Shown: positions 11,001-22,100 of the stretch, piece by piece | How the letters are laid out: every line of letters starts with the position of its first letter | Position numbering within the stretch: position 1 is the stretch's first letter | Source: a virus | Virus record (IMG/VR): IMGVR_UViG_3300021962_000058 | Span: 27,150 to 91,149 of that record | DNA length: 64,000 nucleotides | Direction: 5' to 3' (one strand) | Made by a program: the position numbers and the translations under genes | Notes under the pieces: generated by a model | Told to the model about the DNA's origin: nothing | The model's input: only the letters and a program-made list of their open reading frames with translations | The model's database searches: none

Positions 11001-14000
11001 TCCATCAAAATTATATTATACGTTAAAAAAATCAGGATACATTAGCACTGCAGATAACTATTTTTCGAATCATTCAGAAATTAATTATGTCAACAGTGAG
11101 TACAATGGAACATATTCCGTTTTTGGAATATCGACAAGTAGTTTTAAAATTACACCTACAAGAGTTCCAAGTGTATTAACTTATACTAGTGATCAAGTAG
11201 AAAAAATAGAGTATTCAACTAAATCATCAACTGCTCTTAATGGTTCTATTGGAAAACTCAAGATTATTTCCGAAGGATTTGGATTCAAAAAACTTCCAAA
11301 ATTTGTTGAAGTAATTAGTAATAAAGGTTCTGATGCTAATTTAGTTGCGATATCTACAGATATTGGAAAAATTAAAGAAACCAGATTTAAAGCAATTGCA
11401 TATGAGTATCCATCTGACAAGACTTTAAATCCAGAAGCAGTTGTTTCTCCAATCATTACTTTGGATAATTTTGATACAATAGGAGAAATAGATATCGTTT
11501 CTGGTGGATCAAGATATGTCAATGCACCTGATCTGTTACTATTTGATGATACAACTAAACAAGTTGTAGATAGATTATCTTTAATTGCAGTAACTCCAAG
11601 TGGAGCAATTGCGGATGTAACACAAGTAGCACCAATATATGGATTAAAATCTAATCCACATAAAATAATTGCAATTAATAATTCAAATGGTGTTGGTATA
11701 AGTTCAATGGTTACCGATAGTACTTCGGGAATTGCCACTTGTACATTGTCAACTCCAATTCTTGGATTCTCTTCTCCATTGTTTAATGTTGGTGATGAAA
11801 TTTATGTAGAAGGAATACAACTTGTAAATGGTTCGACTGGAACAGGATATAATTCTGATAACTATGGATATAGATTTTTCAAAGTTGCTTCTTACACTAA
11901 TACAAATCCTGCAATATTATCTTTTGCTGTTGTAGATGAACTAGGTGTTGGACTATCAACAAATCCAGGAATAGCTAAAACTTTCCAGTCTGGATATGCA
12001 ACTATTATAAACAAAAAACATTATCCAGTAATTAATGTTATCAAGAAGAGAGGTAAATTCTTAGATAATGAGCAACTTTTTGTTGATAGTGGCAGAGGAT
12101 TTTTGGAAGAAGATCTTCATGTTAAGAGTTCCAGAGATGAATTCATTAAAGTAACTGGAACATATAATTTAAAACCAGGTAATAAAGTTAGGGGAAGATC
12201 GACAGGAGTAGTTGCAGAAGTTGTTTCATCGTCCGCAAATACATCCAAATTTAGATACAAAATCGATTATTCTACAAAACAAAACATTGGATGGTCCGAT
12301 GATGTTGGCAAGATTAGTGAGGATTATCAGGTAACCCCAGACAATGATTATTATCAGAATTTATCATACACAATTAAGAGTCCTATAACTTGGGATAAGT
12401 TATCAGGACCAGTGAACAGTATTATACACCCTGCTGGACTCAAAAATTTTGCAGATGTTGGTATAGTATCATCGACAGGTGCAATTGGTCTTTCTGGAAC
12501 AACAAACAGTTTAGTCATACTTGATGTTATTGAAGAGAAACGGGTAGATACTATTAATAATTTTGATAATACCGTAGATTATGATGTTAGAACTAATCCA
12601 GATAGATCAAAATATTTAAAACTACAAAATAGAAAGTTAACAGACTACACAGAATGTAGAACTAATAGAGTGATTATTCACGATGATATTAGTAATAGAT
12701 TTTCAAGTAGAGGATTTGAGGATCCTTTTGTAGAAATTGAAGAGATTGATGTCGCAGATACTCACGTTAGATATGTTATTCAGGTTGTAGACCCTGATAC
12801 CTTCGAATGTCAAATATCAGAATTGGTATTACAGACAACTACCCTTGATTCTATATTATTTGAAAAATACACAGAATATTCAAAAGAAATTTTAGGATAT
12901 TTCAGTGCCAATGTAGATCTTTCTGGAAGAAAAACATTAGTCTTCACTCCAACAAACAGATTTACACGAGATCATGATATCAAAATTTTAAAGAAAACTT
13001 TTGATTTCGGTCCTTCGTCTGGAATTGGAACTCAAAGTTTTGGTTCTGTCAATTTGATAGGAAGTAATATTATTGGAATTTCTAGTATTGGTGGTACTGA
13101 TAATGTAAAAACTATTGCTCAATTTTCGTCTAATAATTTTAATGGATTATTTGCAAACATTGAAATAATTAATAATATTACCAGAGAAGTAAATTATATT
13201 GATGCTACTTTAGATTTTGATGGATCAAATACATATCTTAGTGAGTATTATTTTGATAGTGCTCTCCAAGGTTACAGTTCTTCATCAATTGGATTAGTAA
13301 CTGCAATCTATGATTCAACATCAGGAATAGTTTCTTTCAGAGTAAGAAATGAAGAGGATTATACAATTGATGTCAGGACAAGTATTGTTGGATTTGGCAG
13401 TACAGGTTCTGGTGGTTCTGGTATTGGAACATATAGATTTTTAGTTCCTGGACAACCATATGGTTCCGAAAGGAGTGCAAGATTAGAATCAACGGTTGGA
13501 TTTGGTACAAATAAAGTAAGAGTAGGAATATTTGAATCTGATCTCATTTCATCATTAACATCTATTGTTAGAGTTTCTTGTGGAAATAGTTCAGCAATAC
13601 ATCAAGTTTCCTTAGTAAAGGGTGGGCAAGATATCATTGTTTCTCCTGGACCATTTGCTGCAACAAACAATACAACTGGTTTAGGAACTTTTGGATCTGA
13701 AGTTATTGGAAATCAATTCTTATTGAATTTCTACCCAGATTTTTCAAATACAAACAATACTATTCAAGCATTTAATGAAGTTTTCTACACATTCAGTGAT
13801 TTTGAAAATGCACCTATTGATTTAAATTACGGTAAGAGTTCTCAAAAAGTATTCCTTTCAGCTTATGATGGTATCAATGGAGCTCGTGCAAATAAAGTCA
13901 ATTTTAACTTGACACATAATGGCAGACCGATTTATAAAAAAGTTTTCAATCCTTCTGATTCTACCGTAGTTGATTTTGCAACTGGTATTTTCACCATTAT

Positions 14001-17000
14001 TGATCACATGTTTAATACTGGTGAAGAACTAATTTATACTCCAAAATCATCATTTATTGGAGTTGGTCAAAGCGCAATAGGAATAGGATCAACTGCAAAT
14101 TACTTGGGTATTGTTACTAATAGGTTGCCTGAAAGAGTATATCCAATTGCTCTTACACCAGACACATTTAAACTAGCAACTAGAAGATCTTATGCAAATC
14201 TAGGAATTGCTGTCACTTTTACTGATGCTGGATTAGGTAATGCTCATGAATTTGAAATGACAAAGAAACTATCAAAGAGTGTAGTTTCTCTGGATGGAAT
14301 AGTACAGCAACCGATTACATTTACTCCAATATCTCACACACTTCAATATAATAGTGGTTCTATTTCTGTCGGCATAGCAACTTTCAATCTTAGTGGAATA
14401 ACTTCTATTCAACCAAGAGACTTGATAAAAATTGATGATGAATATATGAAAGTTGTTGAAGTTGGTTTTAGCACTAATGTTGGCGGAGCTCTTCTTGGAC
14501 CAATTAATGGTATTATTCAAGCAGGAACAGCAGCAACTATTCCAACAATTTCTGTTGTAAGAGCTTCTGTTGGTAGTGCTGCAACCACTCATAGTGATGG
14601 TGCCAATGTTCAAGTTTATAGAGGATCATTTAATATTATTGGTTCTGAAATTTGGTTTATTGATCCACCAAAAGGTAACACAAGATCAAGAAGAGACGAA
14701 AGTAATCTACCATATGTAAGAGCTCAATATGCAGGAAGAACTTTCCTGAGATCAAACTATGATACTAATATGGTATTTGATGATATTTCTGATCAATTTA
14801 CTGGTATAGGTAAAACATATACAATGACAGTTGAAGGTATTAATACCACCGGTGTTTCCATTGGAAATGGTATACTCTTTATTAATGGAGTTTTCCAAAC
14901 ACCAACTACTATTAATAATTCTGGAAATAATTATGAATTCCAAAATGACAATATTGCCGGAATTTCTAGTGTTGTATTTACTGGAATTACATCAATAGAT
15001 GGTACTTATATTAAATCAGATTTTGATATCAACCAAAATCAACTACCAAGAGGTGGATTAATTGTATCACTCGGTTCTACACCTGGTCTTGGATATGCAC
15101 CACTATTGGGTGCAAAGGTTAGAGCAAATCTTGATGGATCTGGTTCTATCGTAAGTATTACTGGAATTTCCCACACTGGTCCGGGTCAATCAATTAGTAC
15201 TGCATCATATAATAATCAAACTGGTATTGTTGAAATTACAACAACTACTGATCACAACTTTGTTGGTGGAGATAGAATTAAGTTAGTTGGATTAGGATTT
15301 ACTTGCCCATCTGGAGCTGGAATAGTATCTTACTTCCCATCAACAGGACTAGATTATTCTTATGATATTGCTGGTATTATATCGGCAAGAACTTTCATTG
15401 CAAAAGTAGGAACTAGCACTTTACCCCATTCTTATATTGGATTTGGAACCGTATTCCCATGGTATGACTTAACAGAAGGTTCTGGATATAGAAGTCCAGT
15501 TTCTATTGGAATTACAGATCCTAATCATACTGGTGCGGCGGCAAGTATTACTGCGGTTGTTGGTGCTGGTGGAACACTTGGATTTATAGTTAATAGTGGT
15601 GGATCTGGATATGTTAATCCTTATATTAAAATTCCTGAACCAAATTATGAAAATATTCAAGTTGTTGGTGTTTCAAGAGTTGGAGTAGGTTCAACATCCA
15701 AAACTGGATCTAATTTACTATTAAACATTAAAATTGGACCTGCACGTGGAAACGTTGGAATTGGATCTACATTAGGAGGAATCTCATATGGTGCAGATCC
15801 ACAATTTGAATTACAAAGACGTGCAAGCACTGATGTAAAACAAACCGATATATCTTATAGTGTTGGAACTGGATCAACTCTATTCCAAGTTGAATCATTT
15901 GAAATTGCAAGAAATGGTTATGCATTCCAAGTTGGAGATGTTTTCAAACCAATCGGTCTTGTAACTGCAAAGGGACTATCAGAACCAATATCTGAGTTTA
16001 AATTAGAAGTAGTAGAGACATTCCAGGATTATTTCTCTGCTTGGTCTTTTGGTGAAATGAATTATATTGACAGTACAGCAAGCCTACAAAATGGATCTAG
16101 AACTAGATTCCCACTGATTTATAACGGACAATTATTAAGTTTTGAAATTGATCCTAATAATCCACTTTCTAGTTCAATTGACTTAGACGCTGTTCTGATC
16201 ATCTTTGTTAATGGTGTAATACAAGAACCAGGATATGCCTATAAGTTTATAGGAGGAACTTCATTTGAATTCACTGAGGCACCAAAGGCATCTGATAAAG
16301 TAGATATTTTCTTCTATCTTGGTCAAAATGGAGTTGATATTACCTTTATTGATGTCAATGAAACAATTAAAATTGGTGATGAAGTTTTTGTTGGAAAACA
16401 TCCAAACTATCAATTAATTCCTGTACAAGATAGAGATAGAACTATTTTAGATATTACTGGATCAGACATTATTGAAACTGATAATTATGTTGGTTTCGGA
16501 ATTAATGAATCTGATTTCAGGCCAATAGAGTGGACAAAACAAAAGAAAGACAAGTACATTAAAGGTGATGTTGTTTACAAATCAAGAGATTCAATTGAAC
16601 CATTTATTTACCCAACAGCGAAAATTATAGGAAATATTGATTCTGCAAGTTCTCAGATATTTGTAGATGATGCTCAATTCTTTAATTTTGAAGAAAATAA
16701 TTATGGAATTACTATAACTTCATTTGATGCTTTAATTGTCGATTCAAACGATCCAGTTTCCGCAGCATTTACTGCAACAGTTTCTATTGCTGGAACTATT
16801 TCAAATATTACAATTACAAATGCTGGACTAGGTTATTCAACAGCGACAATTCCAGTTAAAATTTCAGCTCCACCATTAATTGGTGTTGGTGTTGGAACAA
16901 CGGCAACTGCAACAGCAACTATTTCTAACGGTAGCGTGGTATCCGTCTCAATCTCTAATCCTGGACTTGGATATACTATTGCTCCTAAATTGATAGCGGA

Positions 17001-17559
17001 AATTCCCAAATCAAAAACTGAACTTATTAAAACAGTTGCAAATGTTCAAGGATTTTCTGGAATTATTACTGGCATTACTACAACAACAGGTATTGGTGGA
17101 CATCCATTAGCACTAAAAATTAATTTCCGTGCAAATGCGTCAGATGCAAATGATCTTCAAGTAGGTTATCCAATACTTGTATACAATACGAAAGTTGGAA
17201 ATGGAGTAACTTCAGTAGATAGTGGAAACACATCTATTGTAGGAATAGGAACTAGTTTCCTTGACAATGTTTACATTGTTAATTCGAAAACAAATGCTGG
17301 ACCAAACGCAGAAATAATCTGCAATATACATAGTTCGACTACTATTTCTGGAATTCCAACAACAGGATCTTTAACTTTACCATTAGGAAACATTTCTTGG
17401 GGTAGAATTTACAATTTCAGTTCTAGGGTGAATCCAGTTTCTATTGGAGTTACTGGTTTGACTGTGGATTCTGGTCTTTCCACTTTCCCAACAATTCAAA
17501 GGAGAACTTTTGGATTGAGAAATAGTGGTGCGATCAGAAAACTTTCCAATCTTCCTTAA
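5056..17559 (+). CDS. Giant baseplate wedge initiator / virion structural protein (gp7-like, 4167 aa)
   Basis: N-terminal QLPEF...FLRQYY and FYQSKG; internal YYQNLSYTIKS...IHPAG; many G-S-G-Y beta repeats; YHYH-like segment; lies between gp6 and gp8. Confidence 0.8.
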   Translation: MSNFEKRVQINKIIESQLPEFLVSDFPKAVEFLRQYYISEEFQGGNVDLADNLDQYLKLDNLVPEVIVGETKLTSNISASAGIVTVTSTKGFPSEYGLLKIDNEIITYTGITTNTFTGCIRGFSGVTGYNYLSKFDIDDGSNKKSLVFEDTDSSSHTSGSTVKNLSVLFLQEFYKKLKYTFTPGLENNDFVSDLDVGNFIKHARDFYQSKGIEESVKILFKVLYGVNADVIDLESRLIKPSSANYIRREIVTAKNISGDPLKLEGQTIFKSSDINTNAAVSNVEILTRDNETFYKLELFVGYDEKDLINGTFTVPGKTKVLENVSIGSSIISVDSTIGFSESGTLNLISSGNSIKYTSKSVNQFFGCSGVVSLIPLGSDLRSDETIYGYENGNINKRVDLRITGVISDLVSVDDSLLIDEGEEILVRNLGNIIENPPNGEKTYKEVFANTWIYNTSTRYQVRSIVGSTFTLYSYIDKSSLSVGDNVDILVRSSNTVVFSNATVTSINTAVNQIILSGITGFTPQPLVEYDIRRKIKKSSSLNVNIDAGNNSYISNVLNLYTDKEYGYVVSNSLPSYQINDELIESSIPNGSTLYLSGSNDDRKAYSSIKFPQNVRFIDGDIVIYTSSQPLNGLTSGSKYYVRLLQPNEIRLYESRSLLDAVNLTDISGNVIVPYLFFGNTQSLNTSSHRFTLAKQENRNISANKILRKFPLQSTKINNSEPVKRSIETISGGIGVLIDGVEITNPESIEKIYYGPLKQFDVLNSGNNYDIVNPPKIVISTGAGTTALVEPVINGNVKNVFVDVQDFDVDDVVSISLTGANGSGCILEPVIGERFREVEFDSRSLNVGGGVDISDETITFLKPHNFYDGEPIIYNQNGNPAILTGSFQDISNTVTGSLVTNDQYIAKFVNTRTIRLFNNINDFNAGINTVGFSTLTTFGGIHKFRTLPRRTLRSVKVLNGGSGYTYRKLRVKPTGISTDYSTVNYENHGFSTGEVIHYSTTGTAIVGLSTLNSYSVDVVNTDSFKLINVGIGATFQDDLAKNKHVSLQSTGSGYHIFEYPPITITANVSYGSTFTGSFNFTPIVTGSIVDAYLYESGSGYGSTTLNLHKKPTVTVKNGKNAELKPIISNGRVIEVQILSSGYDYYSIPEISVQGNGSGAIIRPVISNGLIVDAIVLNQGIGYDSLTTTINVIPRGSGAIFDLRVRDLTLNDAERYAKHARTRTPKIFSSLTNNKKDDSLVYGIYGYSQDLANNYLDTGNSHSPIIGWAYDGNPIYGPYGYSKPDDVQSGVRLINSSYVLDPSSVFDRPPSFPSGFFIDDYRYASNGDLDVHNGRFCKTPEFPKGIYAYFASVKTSSLSNTLEPGYPYFIGNTFKSTFIEENSYLDHSFDFNNSNLIRNTYPYKINDRYAGYDFLLEPYERFSQVSVVESVSKGFVKDIKVNDGGSGYNIGDRVIFDESNTGGYGLRAEVSELIGKNVTKIETSLESYTPCVLVWDDDNYISAYYRPGFNLRDNDTVLVGSISTSISDVLGSKKVGFSTQTIGLAASMTSYSDPSGKVEDIFTSSSATISIGNSISIQSGLGSEIIRVLNVYDNGILRVKRFGTTGVAHSFGTQLNILSDKIKIPAKTTKFTSEVDNLIYFNAKNSVGIGTTLGGAVSKTFTIGGISQTISIPYRSIYIPNHPFKTGQRLTFEKSTYPGIDSLIVGDNPSNLNTFQIPDATSSVYVINKGKNYIGLVTQVGLTTNSEGLFFYSDGSNNSEYSLETNLTQITAEISKVVSTISVGQTHGLSEFDTIKLNVVPNTVVGLGTTGPVSVKFNEFGKKLLINSIGINSSQINTVTNTITIPNHGYNTGDKVFYDSAEVASGLSTGSYFVVKTGTNTFKLAETLYESQPETENVVNIVGTGASVHNIGLINPQINVVRNSTLKFDISDSSLRGYNFKIYQDKEFKNEFLSTTDNNDFNVTGIGTIGFGTASLSIKYTQNVPSKLYYTLKKSGYISTADNYFSNHSEINYVNSEYNGTYSVFGISTSSFKITPTRVPSVLTYTSDQVEKIEYSTKSSTALNGSIGKLKIISEGFGFKKLPKFVEVISNKGSDANLVAISTDIGKIKETRFKAIAYEYPSDKTLNPEAVVSPIITLDNFDTIGEIDIVSGGSRYVNAPDLLLFDDTTKQVVDRLSLIAVTPSGAIADVTQVAPIYGLKSNPHKIIAINNSNGVGISSMVTDSTSGIATCTLSTPILGFSSPLFNVGDEIYVEGIQLVNGSTGTGYNSDNYGYRFFKVASYTNTNPAILSFAVVDELGVGLSTNPGIAKTFQSGYATIINKKHYPVINVIKKRGKFLDNEQLFVDSGRGFLEEDLHVKSSRDEFIKVTGTYNLKPGNKVRGRSTGVVAEVVSSSANTSKFRYKIDYSTKQNIGWSDDVGKISEDYQVTPDNDYYQNLSYTIKSPITWDKLSGPVNSIIHPAGLKNFADVGIVSSTGAIGLSGTTNSLVILDVIEEKRVDTINNFDNTVDYDVRTNPDRSKYLKLQNRKLTDYTECRTNRVIIHDDISNRFSSRGFEDPFVEIEEIDVADTHVRYVIQVVDPDTFECQISELVLQTTTLDSILFEKYTEYSKEILGYFSANVDLSGRKTLVFTPTNRFTRDHDIKILKKTFDFGPSSGIGTQSFGSVNLIGSNIIGISSIGGTDNVKTIAQFSSNNFNGLFANIEIINNITREVNYIDATLDFDGSNTYLSEYYFDSALQGYSSSSIGLVTAIYDSTSGIVSFRVRNEEDYTIDVRTSIVGFGSTGSGGSGIGTYRFLVPGQPYGSERSARLESTVGFGTNKVRVGIFESDLISSLTSIVRVSCGNSSAIHQVSLVKGGQDIIVSPGPFAATNNTTGLGTFGSEVIGNQFLLNFYPDFSNTNNTIQAFNEVFYTFSDFENAPIDLNYGKSSQKVFLSAYDGINGARANKVNFNLTHNGRPIYKKVFNPSDSTVVDFATGIFTIIDHMFNTGEELIYTPKSSFIGVGQSAIGIGSTANYLGIVTNRLPERVYPIALTPDTFKLATRRSYANLGIAVTFTDAGLGNAHEFEMTKKLSKSVVSLDGIVQQPITFTPISHTLQYNSGSISVGIATFNLSGITSIQPRDLIKIDDEYMKVVEVGFSTNVGGALLGPINGIIQAGTAATIPTISVVRASVGSAATTHSDGANVQVYRGSFNIIGSEIWFIDPPKGNTRSRRDESNLPYVRAQYAGRTFLRSNYDTNMVFDDISDQFTGIGKTYTMTVEGINTTGVSIGNGILFINGVFQTPTTINNSGNNYEFQNDNIAGISSVVFTGITSIDGTYIKSDFDINQNQLPRGGLIVSLGSTPGLGYAPLLGAKVRANLDGSGSIVSITGISHTGPGQSISTASYNNQTGIVEITTTTDHNFVGGDRIKLVGLGFTCPSGAGIVSYFPSTGLDYSYDIAGIISARTFIAKVGTSTLPHSYIGFGTVFPWYDLTEGSGYRSPVSIGITDPNHTGAAASITAVVGAGGTLGFIVNSGGSGYVNPYIKIPEPNYENIQVVGVSRVGVGSTSKTGSNLLLNIKIGPARGNVGIGSTLGGISYGADPQFELQRRASTDVKQTDISYSVGTGSTLFQVESFEIARNGYAFQVGDVFKPIGLVTAKGLSEPISEFKLEVVETFQDYFSAWSFGEMNYIDSTASLQNGSRTRFPLIYNGQLLSFEIDPNNPLSSSIDLDAVLIIFVNGVIQEPGYAYKFIGGTSFEFTEAPKASDKVDIFFYLGQNGVDITFIDVNETIKIGDEVFVGKHPNYQLIPVQDRDRTILDITGSDIIETDNYVGFGINESDFRPIEWTKQKKDKYIKGDVVYKSRDSIEPFIYPTAKIIGNIDSASSQIFVDDAQFFNFEENNYGITITSFDALIVDSNDPVSAAFTATVSIAGTISNITITNAGLGYSTATIPVKISAPPLIGVGVGTTATATATISNGSVVSVSISNPGLGYTIAPKLIAEIPKSKTELIKTVANVQGFSGIITGITTTTGIGGHPLALKINFRANASDANDLQVGYPILVYNTKVGNGVTSVDSGNTSIVGIGTSFLDNVYIVNSKTNAGPNAEIICNIHSSTTISGIPTTGSLTLPLGNISWGRIYNFSSRVNPVSIGVTGLTVDSGLSTFPTIQRRTFGLRNSGAIRKLSNLP

Positions 17560-17564
17560 TGGGA

Positions 17565-17572
17565 TATAAATA
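17565..17572 (+). promoter_or_regulatory. T4-type late promoter TATAAATA
   Basis: Exact consensus in the intergenic gap upstream of gp8. Confidence 0.75.
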
Positions 17573-17589
17573 CATAAAAAAGTTTAAAA

Positions 17590-19143
17590 ATGTCCGCAAT
17601 TGTTACTGATCAATTCAGAATTTTGAATGCTGGTAATTTTGTAGATTCTGTTGGGTCTATGACCAATTCATATTATGTTACTGTCGGATTACCTAATCCT
17701 ACTGTGGTGGGGTTTGGCAGATCTACTGCCTGGAATACAAATACTCCGGCACCAATTGATAATTTATCATATTTGAGTCATTATGGAGATACAATTTTAT
17801 ACGGTAAAAAAATAACCTCAGAAAATATTAGAAGAATAATCAGAAGAATTCAGTGGACTCCTGGAAGCAGATACGAAATGTATCGAGATGATTATAGTAT
17901 TGTCAATCCAAGCCCTCTGACAAATTCTTCTAGATTATATGATGCAAATTATTATGTAATGAACCAAGATTATAGAGTTTACATATGTATAGAGAATGGT
18001 TCTAGCGGTTCTAATACACGTGGTAACGTTTCTCAGGATGAACCAACGTTTACCGATTTGGAGCCATCAAGAGCTGGTACTAGTGGTGATGGGTATGTAT
18101 GGAAATATCTATTCTCAGTTTCCCCAAGTGATGTTGTTAAGTTTGATTCGACAGAATATATAACTGTTCCTAATAATTGGTTGTCTTCTACAAACTCTCA
18201 GATACAGGCAATTAGGGAATCTGGTGATTCAACTTTAAATAATAACCAAATTAAAACAGTTTATATTGAAAAATCAGGTTCGAACTACTCTAACGGATTG
18301 GGTCAAGAACTATCAATCATTGGTGATGGTACGGGTGGTAGAGTAAGGGTTGATGTTGAAAATGGTAAGATAACGAATACGATAGTAACTTCTGGCGGCA
18401 GAGATTATAGTTATGCTCTGGTTGATCTTGGATCAATAAACATAAACTCAGTTGGAACTAGTGCAAAGTTAGTTCCAATTATACCTCCGTCAAGAGGACA
18501 TGGATATGATATTTACAATGAATTAGGAACCGATAGGGTATTAATTTATGCAAGATTTGACGATTCAACAAAGGATTTTCCAGTAGATACTAGTTTTGCA
18601 CAAGTATCGATCATAAAAAATCCAACCTCAATAGGTTCAACATCAGTTTATAATGGAGACACTTTCACTAGTTTATCATCATTAAAGTTCTCACTGATTT
18701 CTGGTACTCCAACAATTGGTGAAAAAATAGAACAAATTGTTACTGGTGGAAGAGCATATGGTTATGTTGCTTCGTGGGATACTGAAACAAAGGTTCTAAA
18801 ATATTTTCAGGATAGATCACTTTATTATAACCAGACAACACTTGATCAACAAGATTATGTTGGAATTTCCACAAATGGAAGACCATTTGCATTCGAATCA
18901 TCATCGAACCAAATTCTTGGAAAATCTTCTGGATTTTCAGCCTCTATTGATACTCAATTTGATGGTAGAACAACTAATCCAACAGGATCAAAATTAATTG
19001 ATCTTGGTGTCAATTTCCAAGATGGATTAGCAGGACCTGAAATAAATAAAGGATCAGGCGATGTAATTTACGTTGATAATCGCCCAACAATTAGTAGAAA
19101 TTCGCGCCAAAAAGAAGACATTAAAATTGTACTGGAATTTTAA
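17590..19143 (+). CDS. gp8: Baseplate wedge subunit gp8
   Basis: MSAIVTDQFR, YRVYICIENG, DGYVWKYLF and C-terminal QKEDIKIVLEF. Confidence 0.9.
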   Translation: MSAIVTDQFRILNAGNFVDSVGSMTNSYYVTVGLPNPTVVGFGRSTAWNTNTPAPIDNLSYLSHYGDTILYGKKITSENIRRIIRRIQWTPGSRYEMYRDDYSIVNPSPLTNSSRLYDANYYVMNQDYRVYICIENGSSGSNTRGNVSQDEPTFTDLEPSRAGTSGDGYVWKYLFSVSPSDVVKFDSTEYITVPNNWLSSTNSQIQAIRESGDSTLNNNQIKTVYIEKSGSNYSNGLGQELSIIGDGTGGRVRVDVENGKITNTIVTSGGRDYSYALVDLGSININSVGTSAKLVPIIPPSRGHGYDIYNELGTDRVLIYARFDDSTKDFPVDTSFAQVSIIKNPTSIGSTSVYNGDTFTSLSSLKFSLISGTPTIGEKIEQIVTGGRAYGYVASWDTETKVLKYFQDRSLYYNQTTLDQQDYVGISTNGRPFAFESSSNQILGKSSGFSASIDTQFDGRTTNPTGSKLIDLGVNFQDGLAGPEINKGSGDVIYVDNRPTISRNSRQKEDIKIVLEF

Positions 19144-19146
19144 AAA

Positions 19147-22100
19147 ATGCCACAAAAGACTAACCTAAACATAAATCCTTATTATGATGATTTCAATAAG
19201 GATGACAATTATTATAGAGTTCTGTTCAAACCTGGTAGACCAGTTCAGGCGAGAGAATTAACAGGCCTCCAGTCAATTTTACAAAATCAAATAGAATCCT
19301 TTGGAAGTCATATATTCAAAGAAGGATCTATGGTAATTCCTGGTGGAGTTACTTGTGATAATGCATTTACTACTGTTAAAGTAAATAAAGATCATCTAGG
19401 TATTGATGTTACTGTATACTTAGATGCTATCACAAATTATAATAATGGAAGAGGAACAAAAGTAAAAGGCGTAAAATCTGGGGTAGTTGGAACGTTAAAG
19501 GGATATTTACTACCACCAGAAGAAGGAGTAGAAGATATTACACTTTTTGTAAAATATGTGGATGGTGGAAATGACGGACAAACATCACAATTTTCAGATG
19601 GTGAAATTTTAACCCTTGAAGAAAATATTACCTATGGTAATACTTCTTTAAATATCGGTGATAGTGTACTTACCCTAGTTTCAATTGATGCTACTAAAAC
19701 TGGATATGCAGTTGGTGTATCAAAGGGTGTCTATTTTATTAGAGGAGTTTTTGTCGATGTTCCAAATACTCAAATTGTTTTAGACCCATATAATAATGAA
19801 CCATCATATCGTGTAGGTTTTGATGTTTTAGAAGAAATTGTTACTTCGAATGATGATCCAGATTTAAATGATAATGCCAGAGGATTTACAAACTTTGCAG
19901 CTCCTGGTGCAGATAGATTAAAAATCAGTGTTAAACTTGCTAAAAAACAATTAACAGATTTTGATGACGTAAACTTTATTGAACTCGTCAAAGTTGATCA
20001 AGGTAAAATTAAAAAATTACAAAATAAATCAGAATATAGCATAATTAAAGAATACTTTGCAAAAAGGACATTTGAAGAATCAGGAAACTATGCATTAAAA
20101 CCATTTACAGTATCTGTTGCAAATTCGTTAAACAACGAAACTGGTAATGGCGGACTTTACAGAGAAGGTCAGAGAACAGAACAAGGTAATCTTCCAAATG
20201 ATAACTTAATGTCTGTTACTGTTTCATCTGGAACAGCATATGTTAAAGGGTTTGATATTGATCTTGTTGGAACAACAGTTGTTGATGTCGAAAAACCAAG
20301 ATCTGTTAAAACGGTTGATGGTGCATTAGTACCATTTGCTATGGGAAGTTTGTTAAAAGTAAATAATGTCTATGGTGTTCCATATATCAACATTGGAGCA
20401 TCGTCGAGTGGAGCACAGACAACTCAGGCTAACATTATAGAACTCTACAACAGAAGAAGGGATGGTGCTGGTACAGGGGGTACAGTTGCAAATGCTTCTG
20501 GACTAGGAACTAAAATTGGTGAGGCAAGAGTATATTGGTATGGAGTTGCTGATGCCCCATACACTGCCAATAACACCGAATGGGACTTATATCTATTCGA
20601 TGTTCAAACATATACAACTCTCTATCTTGGAAGATCATATACTACAACTGAAGTTCCACTAACATCATTTGTTAGAGGTCTTTCTAGTGGAGCAACTGGT
20701 TATTTGGCAGCAAAACCAAATGGCGCTGCATTTAGTTTATCGCAAACTTCTGGAACATTTTTAGTTGGTGAGCAAATCATTATTAATGAAAATCCAGAAT
20801 TAAAAGTTGGCGTCAGTGCTATAAACGTTTATACAACAGAGGATATTAAATCTGTATATCAAGATGCATCAACTATAAGTGGATTATCAGTTGATTTTCT
20901 AGCAGATACAGTTCTTTATGAGAGAACACCTCCAAATTTTGCAATCACTGACAAATTGAGAATTACCAGTAGTACTGGCGTATCTCGTGCTCCTGGTAGA
21001 TTTTTCTCAGGAGCAACTGGGATTAAAACAGAATCTATTATAAAGTATCAGGAAGGAACAAATACTGATCCAACATTTAATAGAATAGCATCAATAAACA
21101 CAACAGGAACTGAGATAACTCTTGCTGCAACTGGCGCTGCAGTTGCTGGTGTTTGTGATAATGGAATAGCGGCAGCAGATACTGAATCTGTATTTTCTTT
21201 AATGGAACCAAAGATTGTTAATTTGGTTTCTTCTGGACTTTATACTAATCTGCCAAGACCTAATATAGCATCTGTTGATCTATCCTCATCGGAACTTACT
21301 ATTTCTAGACAAGTTACTGGAAAATCAACAGATGCCAATGGACAATTAACACTAACTACTTCCGATGTTCTGGATGTTAGTGCTGGAATCAGTAGTGTAT
21401 TTTTTGAATCTTTCGATGCTGAAAGGTATTCCGTACACTATTCGGATGGAACAACTGATCAATTGACGGCTAGTAAATTTACACGTAGCATTGATGGTTC
21501 GTCAATTACATTTACAAAATTAACAGCAAATCAAACTAATAATGTAACTGTTAATGTTACTCTTAAAAAGAGAGCAGTTACAAATAAGTCGAAAGATTTT
21601 ATAAGAAGTAGGCAAGTATCTATTACAAGAACAAGTGGTATTTCCACTCAATCTGGACCAACTTCAAGTGGACTTTCTACCAGTAAATATTATGGATTAA
21701 GAGTAGAAGATGCTGAGATATGTCTGAATGTTCCTGATGTTGTAAATATCAGGGCTGTTTATGAGTCTACAAACACTTCAGCACCTGTTTTAGATAAGTT
21801 GGTTTTTGCGAGTGGATTAAATCTAGATAATAATGTTATTGTTGGTGAAAAAATTGTAGGTGAGGATAGTAGAGCAGTTGCTCAGGTTGTAACTAAAACA
21901 TCTACAACAGTAGAATTTGTATATTTAAACCAAAATAATTTTAAAGTTGGAGAACTGGTTAAATTTAACGAGTCTTCATTAAATATAGCAATTCAATCAA
22001 TAACAGAAGGTAGCTATATTGATAAGACTTCAAATTATGTTCTAGATAAAGGACATAAAGATCAATATTGTGACTATTCAAAAATAAGAAGGAGAGCAGG

